Made by a program: the position numbers and the translations under genes. Positions 1 to 7,876 of a stretch of DNA of 64,000 nucleotides are shown piece after piece. The first letter of the stretch is position 1; each line of letters opens with the position of its first letter. A model generated the notes under the pieces. It was not told the origin of the DNA. It did no database searches and worked only from the letters and a program-made list of their open reading frames with translations. The DNA is from an uncultured Eubacteriales bacterium (GTDB lineage Bacteria > Bacillota > Clostridia > Oscillospirales > CAG-272), in the NCBI GenBank assembly GCA_934467435.1, contig CAKSLR010000001.1, positions 67-64,066 on the forward strand, read 5' to 3'.

Positions 1-184
1 CAAACGCCGTGCCGAGAAAATAACCGATGAGCGGCATGAGCACCTGAAAGGCGCCGAACCAGGCACCGCAGAGCAGCAGGTGCCGCGCCTTGACGCGCCC
101 GACGGCAAGCCCTTTGCAGACCGAAACGGCAAAGGCATCCATCGATAGCCCGACGGCAAGCAAAAAGAGTTCCGCGATTCCCAT
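1..184 (-). CDS. mntP: Manganese efflux pump MntP, N-terminal part (gene continues beyond left edge)
   Basis: Not in the ORF track because it is truncated. The reverse complement of 1-184 reads MGIAELFLLAVGLSMDAFAVSVCKGLAVGRVKARHLLLCGAWFGAFQVLMPLIGYFLGTAF. LSMDAFAVS is the MntP/YebN family signature. GGAGG (complement of 195-199) lies 10 nt upstream of the ATG. Confidence 0.8.
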   Translation of the reverse strand, partial: MGIAELFLLAVGLSMDAFAVSVCKGLAVGRVKARHLLLCGAWFGAFQVLMPLIGYFLGTAF

Positions 185-224
185 AACAAAAAATCCTCCG
201 AAAAAAGAAAAAGTGACAAAAGAC

Positions 225-245
225 GACCCCTGCATGGCAGGGGTC
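225..245 (-). terminator. Intrinsic terminator hairpin downstream of the 265-960 gene
   Basis: GACCCCTGC-atg-GCAGGGGTC stem. It is flanked by an A-run on the plus strand, which is a T-run on the minus strand, and by gttttc on the other side. Confidence 0.5.
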
Positions 246-264
246 GTTTTCTGTGCAGCAGTGA

Positions 265-960
265 TTATCTGCCGAGGAAAGCATACAGAATGGTCATGAG
301 CGCGGCGGAGAAAGTACCGACCGCCACGAGGATGTAATACACCTTCATCTGCCATGCGTGCCGGTCAAAGAACCAGTAGATCACCGGGCTTGCCGCAAAT
401 GCGAGGATGGTAACGATCATGAGGAAAATGGCAAGGAAGTGCGAGAAGAAGAGCGCGTTGCAGAGGGCATACACGCCAAAAAGCAACGAAAACGCCATCA
501 GGATGTAGCAAAGGGCGCCGGTCAAACGGAAGCGACGCTCGGAGAACACCGATGCCACAAAGAAAAGCAGCGAGAAGAGGGCGATGACGCCGAACAGCAC
601 CCAGCCGCAGACGATGGAACCGTTTTCATACAGGTCAAGCCGGATGAGAAGCAGCGCAAGGGGGGTATAAGCACCGAAGATCGTGAAATAAACCGAGGCA
701 TCCGCAAACCGCTGCAGAACCGGCATCTTCGGAAACTGATAGCGTAGGTACGACAGGGCGAAGAACGCGCCGCACCCCAGCCCCAGTGCCAGGGGGGACC
801 AGACATATGCCGCCCCGAAACCCGCAAGACGGATGAGCAGCAGAACCATGGAAACCAGCGCCACACCGCCGCCCGCCAGACAGGTGATCTGATAAAACTT
901 CTTGTCGCCGGCAGCCACTTCTGCCGGTTTGGTCGGCTTCAGACTTTTGAGAAAGGACAT
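265..960 (-). CDS. Polytopic integral membrane protein, family not recognised
   Basis: ORF track gives 265..978. I prefer the ATG at 960 (MSFLKSL...), preceded by GGGGGTG. There are about 7 hydrophobic segments. I can name no catalytic motif. Confidence 0.6.
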   Translation of the reverse strand: MSFLKSLKPTKPAEVAAGDKKFYQITCLAGGGVALVSMVLLLIRLAGFGAAYVWSPLALGLGCGAFFALSYLRYQFPKMPVLQRFADASVYFTIFGAYTPLALLLIRLDLYENGSIVCGWVLFGVIALFSLLFFVASVFSERRFRLTGALCYILMAFSLLFGVYALCNALFFSHFLAIFLMIVTILAFAASPVIYWFFDRHAWQMKVYYILVAVGTFSAALMTILYAFLGR

Positions 961-1005
961 AAAAAAACACCCCCGCAATACGGTTAAAAATCATCAAGTA
1001 GTTCT

Positions 1006-1034
1006 ATTATACAACATAAAACCCAAAATGGCAA
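1006..1034 (-). promoter_or_regulatory. Sigma-A type promoter for the 265-960 gene
   Basis: On the minus strand: TTGCCA (1034-1029), 17-nt spacer, TATAAT (1011-1006). Confidence 0.55.
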
Positions 1035-1142
1035 GCGGTATGCGAAAAAAATTTGTGAATCTGTGCGAAAAATTTCCGCCGCGCCCGTTCCCGCCGGAAA
1101 AAAAACGGGCGCAAAAAATTCACAAACTTCCGATTTGGGGGG

Positions 1143-1171
1143 TTGACAAACGAAAAAAGACGTGCTATAAT
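1143..1171 (+). promoter_or_regulatory. Consensus sigma-A promoter for tRNA-Pro
   Basis: TTGACA (1143-1148), 17-nt spacer, TATAAT (1166-1171), about 30 nt upstream of the tRNA. Confidence 0.65.
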
Positions 1172-1200
1172 AAGGAACGCTTGACAGAAGCGAAGGTTTT

Positions 1201-1277
1201 CGGGGTGTGGCACAGCTTGGTAGTGCGCTTGGTTCGGGACCAAGAGGTCGCAAGTTCGAATCTTGTCACTCCGACCA
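1201..1277 (+). tRNA. tRNA-Pro (anticodon CGG)
   Basis: Cloverleaf read by hand. Acceptor CGGGGTG/CACTCCG, D-arm GCAC..GTGC, anticodon stem CTTGG/CCAAG with loop TTCGGGA, T-arm with TTCGAAT, and encoded CCA. Confidence 0.9.
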
Positions 1278-1283
1278 GTCTGA

Positions 1284-1316
1284 GTAGTCATAACGGCAGT
1301 TATGGCTACTTTTTCT
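1284..1316 (+). terminator. Intrinsic terminator after tRNA-Pro
   Basis: GTAGTCATAAC-ggca-GTTATGGCTAC (11 bp, one G-U pair) followed by TTTTTCTTT. Confidence 0.7.
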
Positions 1317-1373
1317 TTATTCTGCCGCATTCTGCCGGCGCAACACCGGATGAACGAAAGGACGGATCGATTC

Positions 1374-2291
1374 ATGAAAACGCTGTTATTTGACACCGAC
1401 ATCGGCGCGGACTGTGACGACGCCGCCGCGCTTGCCCTGCTCTTTCACCTGCAAAAGGCGGGGGCGTGCCGTCTGGCGGCGGTCACGGCATCCTCGGGGC
1501 GCGTAGGCGCCACTGCCACCATCCGGGCGCTTTCCGATCATTACGGCGTACCCGTTCCCATCGGTGCCATGCGAGCGCCCTACCCCGCTTGTGACGCATG
1601 GGACCACTACGCGCGCCGCACCATGGAACGCTACGGCACGCGCGACACCGATACCGACGCCGTATCCCTCATGCGGCAGGTACTGGCGGCGGCAAGCGAG
1701 CCCGTTACGCTGGTGGCGGTGGGTCCGCTGACCAACATGGCGCGGCTGCTTTCCTCCGCGCCGGACGGAATCTCGCCTCTCTCCGGGCGTGCGCTGGTGG
1801 AGCAGCACGCGGATTGCCTGTATTTTATGGGCGGCAGTTTTACGGAAAACTACAAAACCGTCGGCTGGGAGGAAACCGCCCCCCGCCCCTCCTGGAACAT
1901 TGTGCAGGACATTCCCGCCGCGCAGGCGGTTGCCGCCGGCTGCCCGGTGGAGATGGTGTACGTGCCCTACGAGGCGGGCTACTACCTCCCCACCCACATG
2001 GAGGAAGGCGACAGCCCCGTATGGTTTGCCATGGCCTGTTTTGCCGGGGATACTGCCCCCGCCTGTCCGCCCGCCGAATTTACCCGCCCCTCATGGGATC
2101 CGCTGACCGCCTATGCCGCAGTCGGGGATCTTTCCCCTTACTTTGACCTTTCCCCGCGCGGGCGTGTGGTCATTGACGAGGCGGGCGCCACCCGCTTTAC
2201 CCCCGGCGCGGGGCGGGATCGCTTTCTTGGCAACCGGGCGTGTTACACGGAGATTGCCCCGCGCCTGCGCGCGCTCATTGCGGGGCGCTGA
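1374..2291 (+). CDS. Nucleoside hydrolase (IUNH family-like)
   Basis: ORF track gives 1302..2291. The internal start MKTLLFDTDIGADCDDAAALALL matches the N-terminal DxDxxxDD Ca-binding motif of inosine/uridine-preferring nucleoside hydrolases. Confidence 0.7.
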   Translation: MKTLLFDTDIGADCDDAAALALLFHLQKAGACRLAAVTASSGRVGATATIRALSDHYGVPVPIGAMRAPYPACDAWDHYARRTMERYGTRDTDTDAVSLMRQVLAAASEPVTLVAVGPLTNMARLLSSAPDGISPLSGRALVEQHADCLYFMGGSFTENYKTVGWEETAPRPSWNIVQDIPAAQAVAAGCPVEMVYVPYEAGYYLPTHMEEGDSPVWFAMACFAGDTAPACPPAEFTRPSWDPLTAYAAVGDLSPYFDLSPRGRVVIDEAGATRFTPGAGRDRFLGNRACYTEIAPRLRALIAGR

Positions 2292-2349
2292 CCGGCACGC
2301 CCGCGGTCGATTTTTGTATTTTCTTGGGCAACTGCCCCTGATTTGCCAG

Positions 2350-2378
2350 TTTACAATCCCCGGGGCTTGTGGTATGAT
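2350..2378 (+). promoter_or_regulatory. Promoter of the TetR gene
   Basis: TTTACA (2350-2355), 17-nt spacer, TGg-TATGAT (2373-2378, extended -10). Confidence 0.55.
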
Positions 2379-2411
2379 AAGAGCGGAAACGAAAACAAGG
2401 AGGGGGATGCT

Positions 2412-2942
2412 TTGCCGAACAATTATACCAAAGATTCGATCAAAAAAGCCTTTATCGAACTGCTCAACGAGCGCCCTCTCAACAAGATCAGCGTCAGAAG
2501 CATTGTGGATATCTGCAACATCAGCCGCAACACGTTTTATTACCATTACCAGGACGTGCCGCAGCTGCTGGAGGAAATCATCATTGAGTCGGCGGACACA
2601 CTGATTGCGCGCTACCCCACCATCGACTCGATCGGCGCGTGTGTAGACGAGGCATTTGCCTTTGCCCAGAAAAACAAGCGCGCCATTTACCACATCTACC
2701 ACTCGGTGGACCGGGATGCCTATGAAGAATTTCTGATGAAAATGTGCGACCACGTGGCACACACGCACATTGACGCCCTGCTTGCCGGACGCGGGATTGC
2801 GCCGAACGACCGCGAGGCGCTGATTCACTGCATGAAATACGTTTGTTTCGGCGCCTGCATCGACTGGACCAAAACCGGTATGAAAAGCAATATTGTGGAA
2901 GAATACCACCGCATTGTCGATCTGTTCCTGCGTGCCTATTGA
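2412..2942 (+). CDS. TetR/AcrR-family transcriptional regulator
   Basis: N-terminal HTH region ...SIKKAFIELLNERPLNKISVRSIVDICNISRNTFYYHYQDV... The ORF-track ATG (2343) lies upstream of the promoter. An in-frame TTG at 2412 sits 7 nt after AAGGAGGGGG. Confidence 0.75.
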   Translation: MPNNYTKDSIKKAFIELLNERPLNKISVRSIVDICNISRNTFYYHYQDVPQLLEEIIIESADTLIARYPTIDSIGACVDEAFAFAQKNKRAIYHIYHSVDRDAYEEFLMKMCDHVAHTHIDALLAGRGIAPNDREALIHCMKYVCFGACIDWTKTGMKSNIVEEYHRIVDLFLRAY

Positions 2943-2978
2943 GGGTTTTCCCCGATTTTCTATGACAATTCCGCACCT

Positions 2979-2999
2979 GTTGTCACAAATTGTGACAAC
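2979..2999. promoter_or_regulatory. Perfect 10-1-10 palindrome: candidate TetR operator, or stem of a weak terminator
   Basis: GTTGTCACAA-A-TTGTGACAAC, followed 4 nt later by TTTTTTT. It lies between the TetR stop and the first gene of the acpS/KS operon. Confidence 0.4.
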
Positions 3000-3075
3000 G
3001 GGTGTTTTTTTGCCTATTCCCTTGGCGGCGGTTTTTTGGTAGGATAGCGGTGTATGGTGAGAAAGGAGTTTTTTT

Positions 3076-3678
3076 ATGTATTCTGTGGTTCCCATGAAAA
3101 TTGCCAAAATCGGTCATATCGTTTCGGCGGTTTTTCTGTTTGCCCTGGGGCTGAGCCTGATTCTCTACCCCGATTTTTCGGTTCCCGTGGTAGAGAAGGT
3201 TTGCGGGGTCTATCTGATTTTATTCGGTGCCATCAAAATGGTGGGGTACCTCTCGCGGGATATTTACCGGCTGGCGTTCCAGTATGATTCGGTATTCGGC
3301 ATCATTCTGGCCGGCATCGGCATTGCGTTTCTTGCCCGCCCCGAATCCACACTGACCTTTGTTTCCATTCTGCTCGGGCTGGCGGTGTTCAGCGACGGCG
3401 TGATCAAAGTGCAGGTGGCACACCACGCCCGTAAATTCGGCATTGAAGCGTGGTGGGCGATTTTTCTGCTTGCCGTGCTGGCAGGCATCGGCGGGCTGTG
3501 CATTGTGATTCACCCCATGGAGGGCGCACGGGCGCTTGGCATTGTGCTGGGCGTGGTGCTGATGGTGGACGGCGTGATGAGCGCCCTGACCGTTCTGACC
3601 TCTGTAAAAATCAAGGAATACAGTGACCCGCGCATTGAAGTGACCTATATCACGTCGGACGGGGACGAAAAGAAATGA
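3076..3678 (+). CDS. Small multi-pass membrane protein (DUF308/HdeD-like)
   Basis: Six hydrophobic helices with repeated G-rich helix pattern. The stop overlaps the acpS start (ATGA at 3675-3678). Confidence 0.5.
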   Translation: MYSVVPMKIAKIGHIVSAVFLFALGLSLILYPDFSVPVVEKVCGVYLILFGAIKMVGYLSRDIYRLAFQYDSVFGIILAGIGIAFLARPESTLTFVSILLGLAVFSDGVIKVQVAHHARKFGIEAWWAIFLLAVLAGIGGLCIVIHPMEGARALGIVLGVVLMVDGVMSALTVLTSVKIKEYSDPRIEVTYITSDGDEKK

Positions 3679-4022
3679 GCGTTACCGACATCGGCATTGA
3701 CCTGGTCTCGGTCGGCAGATTTGCCGGGCGGGGCAAAGGTGTGGAAAAATACTTTCTTTCCCCGGCGGAGGGTGCGGAATTTGCCGCACTGCCGCCCGCC
3801 CGCCGCCCGCTTTACCTTGCTACCCACTGGGCGTGCAAAGAGGCGATTTTCAAAGCAACGGGCGACCGCAACTATACCGCTTATACCCTTTCCCACCGGG
3901 AGGACGGCAAGCCCTTTCTCGTCGGGCGCCCCGATCTTCTCATCTCCATCAGCCATGACAACGATTTCGTTGTGGTAATCATAGAAAAGACAGAAAGAAA
4001 TGAGGATTCCGAACATGAATGA
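3675..4022 (+). CDS. acpS: Holo-ACP synthase (group I 4'-phosphopantetheinyl transferase)
   Basis: 115 aa. IGIDLVSVGRF..., WACKEAIFKATG, GKPFL...ISISHD match the AcpS pattern. Confidence 0.85.
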   Translation: MSVTDIGIDLVSVGRFAGRGKGVEKYFLSPAEGAEFAALPPARRPLYLATHWACKEAIFKATGDRNYTAYTLSHREDGKPFLVGRPDLLISISHDNDFVVVIIEKTERNEDSEHE

Positions 4023-4257
4023 AAATGAAGTAAAAGCAAAAATCAAAGAAATGCTCTGCGACCGCCTCGGCATTGATGCCGACGCGCTCGGCTATGATAC
4101 CGTGCTGTTTGGCGACGGCATCGGGCTGGATTCGATCGACTCGCTGGAGATCATCTCCGCCATTGACGAAGAATACGGCGTTTCGATGACCGGTGTGGGC
4201 AAAGAACACTTCCGCAACATTGATGCACTTGCCGCCTACGTGGTTGCCAACGCCTGA
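4015..4257 (+). CDS. Acyl carrier protein (phosphopantetheine-binding)
   Basis: 80 aa from the ATG at 4015 (GAGGA upstream; overlaps the acpS stop). GLDSIDSLEIISAIDEEYGV contains the DSL Ser attachment motif. Confidence 0.85.
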   Translation: MNENEVKAKIKEMLCDRLGIDADALGYDTVLFGDGIGLDSIDSLEIISAIDEEYGVSMTGVGKEHFRNIDALAAYVVANA

Positions 4258-4300
4258 GAACGCGGGAACCTGAGAACGGAAAAGAAAAGGAAAAACGGAT

Positions 4301-6673
4301 ATGACGAACGAAAGAAACCGCTGTGTCATCACGGGTCTTGGGGTGATTTCCGCCATCGGCAACGATGTGCCAACCTGCTGGGAGAGTATTCTTTCGGCAA
4401 AGAGCGGCATTGACCACACGACCACGCTGGATACGGAAGGCTGCTATGCCGACTATGCGGCAGAGGTCAAGGGGGTAAACGATGCCGATTCGCCCCTTGA
4501 CCGCGCTACCGTGCTTTGCCTGCGGGCAGCCAAAGAAGCCCTGACCGATGCGGCGCTTCCCGATTTTGCGGGCAGTGCACGCGCCTCGGTCATCATGGGG
4601 AGCTGCGTGGGCGGCGGCCGCAGCATGGCTGCCTACTACCGTGGGGAAAAGACCCGGCAAAACGTACGGAACATGCCCATTTCCGCCATTGCCAACCATG
4701 TGGCATCGCTCTGCCACGCGGGCGGGGTGGTAACGAATGTGGCAAACGCCTGCGCGGCGGGCACCATCAGCATCGCCTATGCCTCCGACCTGATCCGGGC
4801 GGGCAGGGCGGATGTGGTGGTTGCCGGCGGGGCGGATGCGTTTTCCGCCGTCCCCTACTCCGGGTTTCTTTCGCTGCACGCGCTGGATGAAGAATCCTGT
4901 TCGCCCTTCAACCGCTCCCATGGCATTACGCTGGGTGAGGGCGCCGGTGCGGTGATTGTGGAATCTTATGCCCACGCGAAGGCGCGGGGCGCGCACATTT
5001 ACTGCGAGGTACTGGGCTCCGGTATCAGCAGCGACGCCTTCCACATCACGGCGCCCCGCCCGGACGGGGAGGGGCAGATGAGCGCCATCCGCGATGCCAT
5101 TGCCCACTCCGGTCTTGCGGCACAGGATGTGGATTACGTCAACGCCCACGGCACCGGCACGGCGAAAAACGACGAGGCGGAGTTCCTTTCCCTGCACACC
5201 ATTTTTGACGGGGAGCGGGACGGACTTTGCGTCAGTTCGACCAAAGCCATGACGGGGCACTGCCTCGGCGCGGCGGGGGCAATCGAATCGGTCTTTGCCA
5301 TCAAGGCGCTGGCGGAGGGTGTGGTACCCCCGACGCTCGGCTACACCGAAGAGGACCTTGCGGTACTGAAGGAAAAGGCAGGGCCCCTGAATTTCTGCCC
5401 CAATCTGCCGCACAAAGAAAAACTGCACACCGTGATGGATAACTCCTTTGCCTTCGGCGGTACGAACGCCAGCCTGCTCTTTTCGGACAAGGCAGGCGAG
5501 ATTCCCGATGCACCCGCGCGGGAGGATATCGTACTGACGGGCATCGGCATTGTCTCTCCGCTCGGAAACGGCAAAAACCGCTATCTTGCCGCCTGCTGCG
5601 GGGGCGAGACGATCGGGGCGGAAGGACGCTCTTCGGTCAGTGCGGCGGATTATGACGCGCTCGGGCTGAAAATGGCGTTTTACCGCAAACTGGACCACCT
5701 CAGCCAGTTGCAGGCAGTCTCGGGGCTGGATGCCCTGCGGGACGGCGGCTACACCGTGACCCCGGAGAACGCCAAGGAAATCGGCATCATCATCGGCACC
5801 TCCGAGGGGGCGCTGGGTCCGAGCTGCGAATTCCAGGAAATGATTGACGAAAAGGGGAACGCGGGCGGCAGCGCCTTCCGGTTCCCGAACACCGTTTATA
5901 ACGCGGCGGGCGGCTATCTTTCCATCTGCTCCGGCATCCGCGGTTACAATGTGACCGTGACCAACGGCGCCCAGTCGGGTCTGCAGTCGGCGGCATACGC
6001 CATGCAGGTCATCCGCAACGGGTGGGAAAGCGCCATGCTTGCCACCGGTACGGACGAAAACAGCGATATTATGACCGAACTCTACCGCTGCCTCGGTCCG
6101 GTTGCCGACCGGCGGGTTGCCCCTTATGCGGGGGAGGATACCATGACCCTCTCGGACGGCAGCGTGTCTCTTCTCCTGGAGACAGCCTCCTCCGCTGCGG
6201 CGCGCGGCGCGCGCCGCTACGGCAGACTGACCGGCTACGGCATGGGGCACGGCGATGTTCCCTTCGGGGAAGTGCGCGGTTCGGCGCGCGGGCTGTCGGA
6301 CGCCATCGAAGCCGCCCTTGCCGATGCGGGCATCGGCGCGGGTGAGATCGATGCGGTCATCGGGTTTGCCAACGGTCTGAGCGAAGTCGACGAAACCGAG
6401 GACAAGGTTCTTTCCCGCTTTGTGGATTCGGCGCGGGTGCCGGTTCTCACGGTGAAAGAACGGATGGGCGAGGGCAGAGCGGCATCCGCCGCACTGGCGC
6501 TGGCGCACGGGGCGCTCCTGCTTGCGGGAGAGTTGCCGAACGAGGGCGACGCTTATCTGACAAAGAACGGCAAAAAAGAAAAAACCACGGTACGCGGGGA
6601 GGACATCCGGCGTGTACTGCTGCTCTCTTACGCGCCGGGCGGTTCTTATACCGCGCTGGTGCTGGAAAAATAA
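4301..6673 (+). CDS. Fused beta-ketoacyl-ACP synthase (FabF-like, Cys-His-His) plus C-terminal Cys-less KS-like (CLF-like) domain
   Basis: 790 aa. N-terminal half: VANAC(151)AAG, VNAH(283)GTGT, TKAMTGH(320)CLGAAG, FAFGGTNASL. C-terminal half (about aa 405-790) has the same fold signature (IVLTGIGIVSPLG, VTVTNGA(557)Q(558)SGLQSAAYAMQVIRNG, ATGTDE), but the Cys and both His positions are replaced. Confidence 0.85.
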   Translation: MTNERNRCVITGLGVISAIGNDVPTCWESILSAKSGIDHTTTLDTEGCYADYAAEVKGVNDADSPLDRATVLCLRAAKEALTDAALPDFAGSARASVIMGSCVGGGRSMAAYYRGEKTRQNVRNMPISAIANHVASLCHAGGVVTNVANACAAGTISIAYASDLIRAGRADVVVAGGADAFSAVPYSGFLSLHALDEESCSPFNRSHGITLGEGAGAVIVESYAHAKARGAHIYCEVLGSGISSDAFHITAPRPDGEGQMSAIRDAIAHSGLAAQDVDYVNAHGTGTAKNDEAEFLSLHTIFDGERDGLCVSSTKAMTGHCLGAAGAIESVFAIKALAEGVVPPTLGYTEEDLAVLKEKAGPLNFCPNLPHKEKLHTVMDNSFAFGGTNASLLFSDKAGEIPDAPAREDIVLTGIGIVSPLGNGKNRYLAACCGGETIGAEGRSSVSAADYDALGLKMAFYRKLDHLSQLQAVSGLDALRDGGYTVTPENAKEIGIIIGTSEGALGPSCEFQEMIDEKGNAGGSAFRFPNTVYNAAGGYLSICSGIRGYNVTVTNGAQSGLQSAAYAMQVIRNGWESAMLATGTDENSDIMTELYRCLGPVADRRVAPYAGEDTMTLSDGSVSLLLETASSAAARGARRYGRLTGYGMGHGDVPFGEVRGSARGLSDAIEAALADAGIGAGEIDAVIGFANGLSEVDETEDKVLSRFVDSARVPVLTVKERMGEGRAASAALALAHGALLLAGELPNEGDAYLTKNGKKEKTTVRGEDIRRVLLLSYAPGGSYTALVLEK

Positions 6674-6694
6674 CAGAAAAAAGGAAAACAACTG

Positions 6695-7426
6695 ATGAAA
6701 GTGGCACTGGTAACGGGAGCCTCACGCGGGATCGGACGGGCATGCGCCCTGCGCCTGGCGCAGGACGGTTTCTGCGTGGTGGTCAACTACGCGCACAGCG
6801 AAAAAGAGGCTGCCGCGGTTCTGGATGAGATCCGCGCCGGCGGCGGTGAGGGGATGCTGTATCGTGCGGATGTCTCCGACCTCGATCAGGTCAAGGGGAT
6901 GATGCGCGAGGTGTTCCGCGCTTACGGACAGATGGATGTGCTGGTCAACAACGCCGGCATGGTACGGGATGAATACCTGCTGATGCTGAACCCCGACACG
7001 CTGGACGCCTGCCTGGATCTGAACGTCAAGGGATATTTCTACTGCACGCAACAGGCGGTATTAAAAATGTTCCGCCGCAAGTGCGGGACGGTGATTCACA
7101 TGTCCTCGGTCAGCGGGGAACTTGCCCTGGCGGGGCAAAGCGTTTACAGCGCCACCAAAGGTGCGGTGAACGCCATGACCCGCACCATGGCAAAGGAACT
7201 GGCGCCCTACGGCATCCGCGTCAACGCGGTGGCACCCGGCTTTATTGAAACCGAGATGCTGGACGCGCTGCCTGAAGAAAAGAAAAAAGAATACTTAAAC
7301 GCCATTCCCATGCACCGGCTCGGAAAGGTGGAGGACGTGGCGGGGCTGGTTTCCTTCCTCGCCTCCGATGCCGCCGCTTACATGACGGGGCAGGTACTGA
7401 CGCTGGACGGAGGCATTTCGCTGTGA
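6695..7426 (+). CDS. fabG: 3-oxoacyl-ACP reductase (SDR)
   Basis: TGASRGIG cofactor motif, NNAG, and the S...YSATKGAV catalytic triad region. Confidence 0.85.
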   Translation: MKVALVTGASRGIGRACALRLAQDGFCVVVNYAHSEKEAAAVLDEIRAGGGEGMLYRADVSDLDQVKGMMREVFRAYGQMDVLVNNAGMVRDEYLLMLNPDTLDACLDLNVKGYFYCTQQAVLKMFRRKCGTVIHMSSVSGELALAGQSVYSATKGAVNAMTRTMAKELAPYGIRVNAVAPGFIETEMLDALPEEKKKEYLNAIPMHRLGKVEDVAGLVSFLASDAAAYMTGQVLTLDGGISL

Positions 7427-7875
7427 TGAACATTTACGAAGTCAACCGCCGTCTGAAGCAGCGGCCGCCCTTTCAGATGGTGGAAAAGGTGAGCGAACTG
7501 ACCCCCGGCGAATCTGCCGTGGGGCACAAGACCGTATCGGTCAATGACCCGTGGTTTGCAGGTCACTTTCCCGGTGAGCCGATTCTGCCCGGCGTTCTGA
7601 TTGTGGAAAGCTGCGCGCAGCTCTGCTCCCTGACGGTGGAAGCGGACGGCACGGCGGAGGACAAATTCTACGTCCTTCTGAAAATCGACAATTTCAAATT
7701 TCTGCGCCCCATTCTGCCGGGTGATGTCATGGACATCACGGTGAAAAAGAAGAGTGGCGCGGGACCCCTTATCACCTTTGATGCGGTGGTATCGGTCGGC
7801 GGCACCGTGCACGCGAAGGGCGGTATTTCCTTTACCGCCATGGAGAAGAGCCGTCTGGACGAAGGAGAACACTGA
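7423..7875 (+). CDS. fabZ: 3-hydroxyacyl-ACP dehydratase (hotdog fold)
   Basis: PPFQMVEKV..., FAGHFPGEPILPGVLIVESCAQL. 4-nt overlap with fabG. Confidence 0.85.
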   Translation: MMNIYEVNRRLKQRPPFQMVEKVSELTPGESAVGHKTVSVNDPWFAGHFPGEPILPGVLIVESCAQLCSLTVEADGTAEDKFYVLLKIDNFKFLRPILPGDVMDITVKKKSGAGPLITFDAVVSVGGTVHAKGGISFTAMEKSRLDEGEH

Positions 7876-7876
7876 G

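Noticed and set aside
2343-2411. The ORF-track ATG start (2343) for the TetR gene.
   Set aside because: It lies upstream of the TTTACA-17-TATGAT promoter (2350-2378) and adds a non-homologous 23-aa extension. The TTG at 2412 follows a strong AAGGAGG.
4151-6691. Very long ORFs antisense to well-supported genes: 4151-6691(-), 14598-16862(+), 17965-19830(-), 20573-23134(+), 23767-26856(+), 31766-33454(-), 36232-39450(+), 44304-47945(+), 51546-53795(-), 60207-62066(-).
   Set aside because: Each lies opposite a gene with clear family motifs. Their translations are Arg/Gly/Pro/Ala-rich low-complexity strings with no motifs and no RBS. Stop-codon-poor antisense frames are expected in high-GC DNA.
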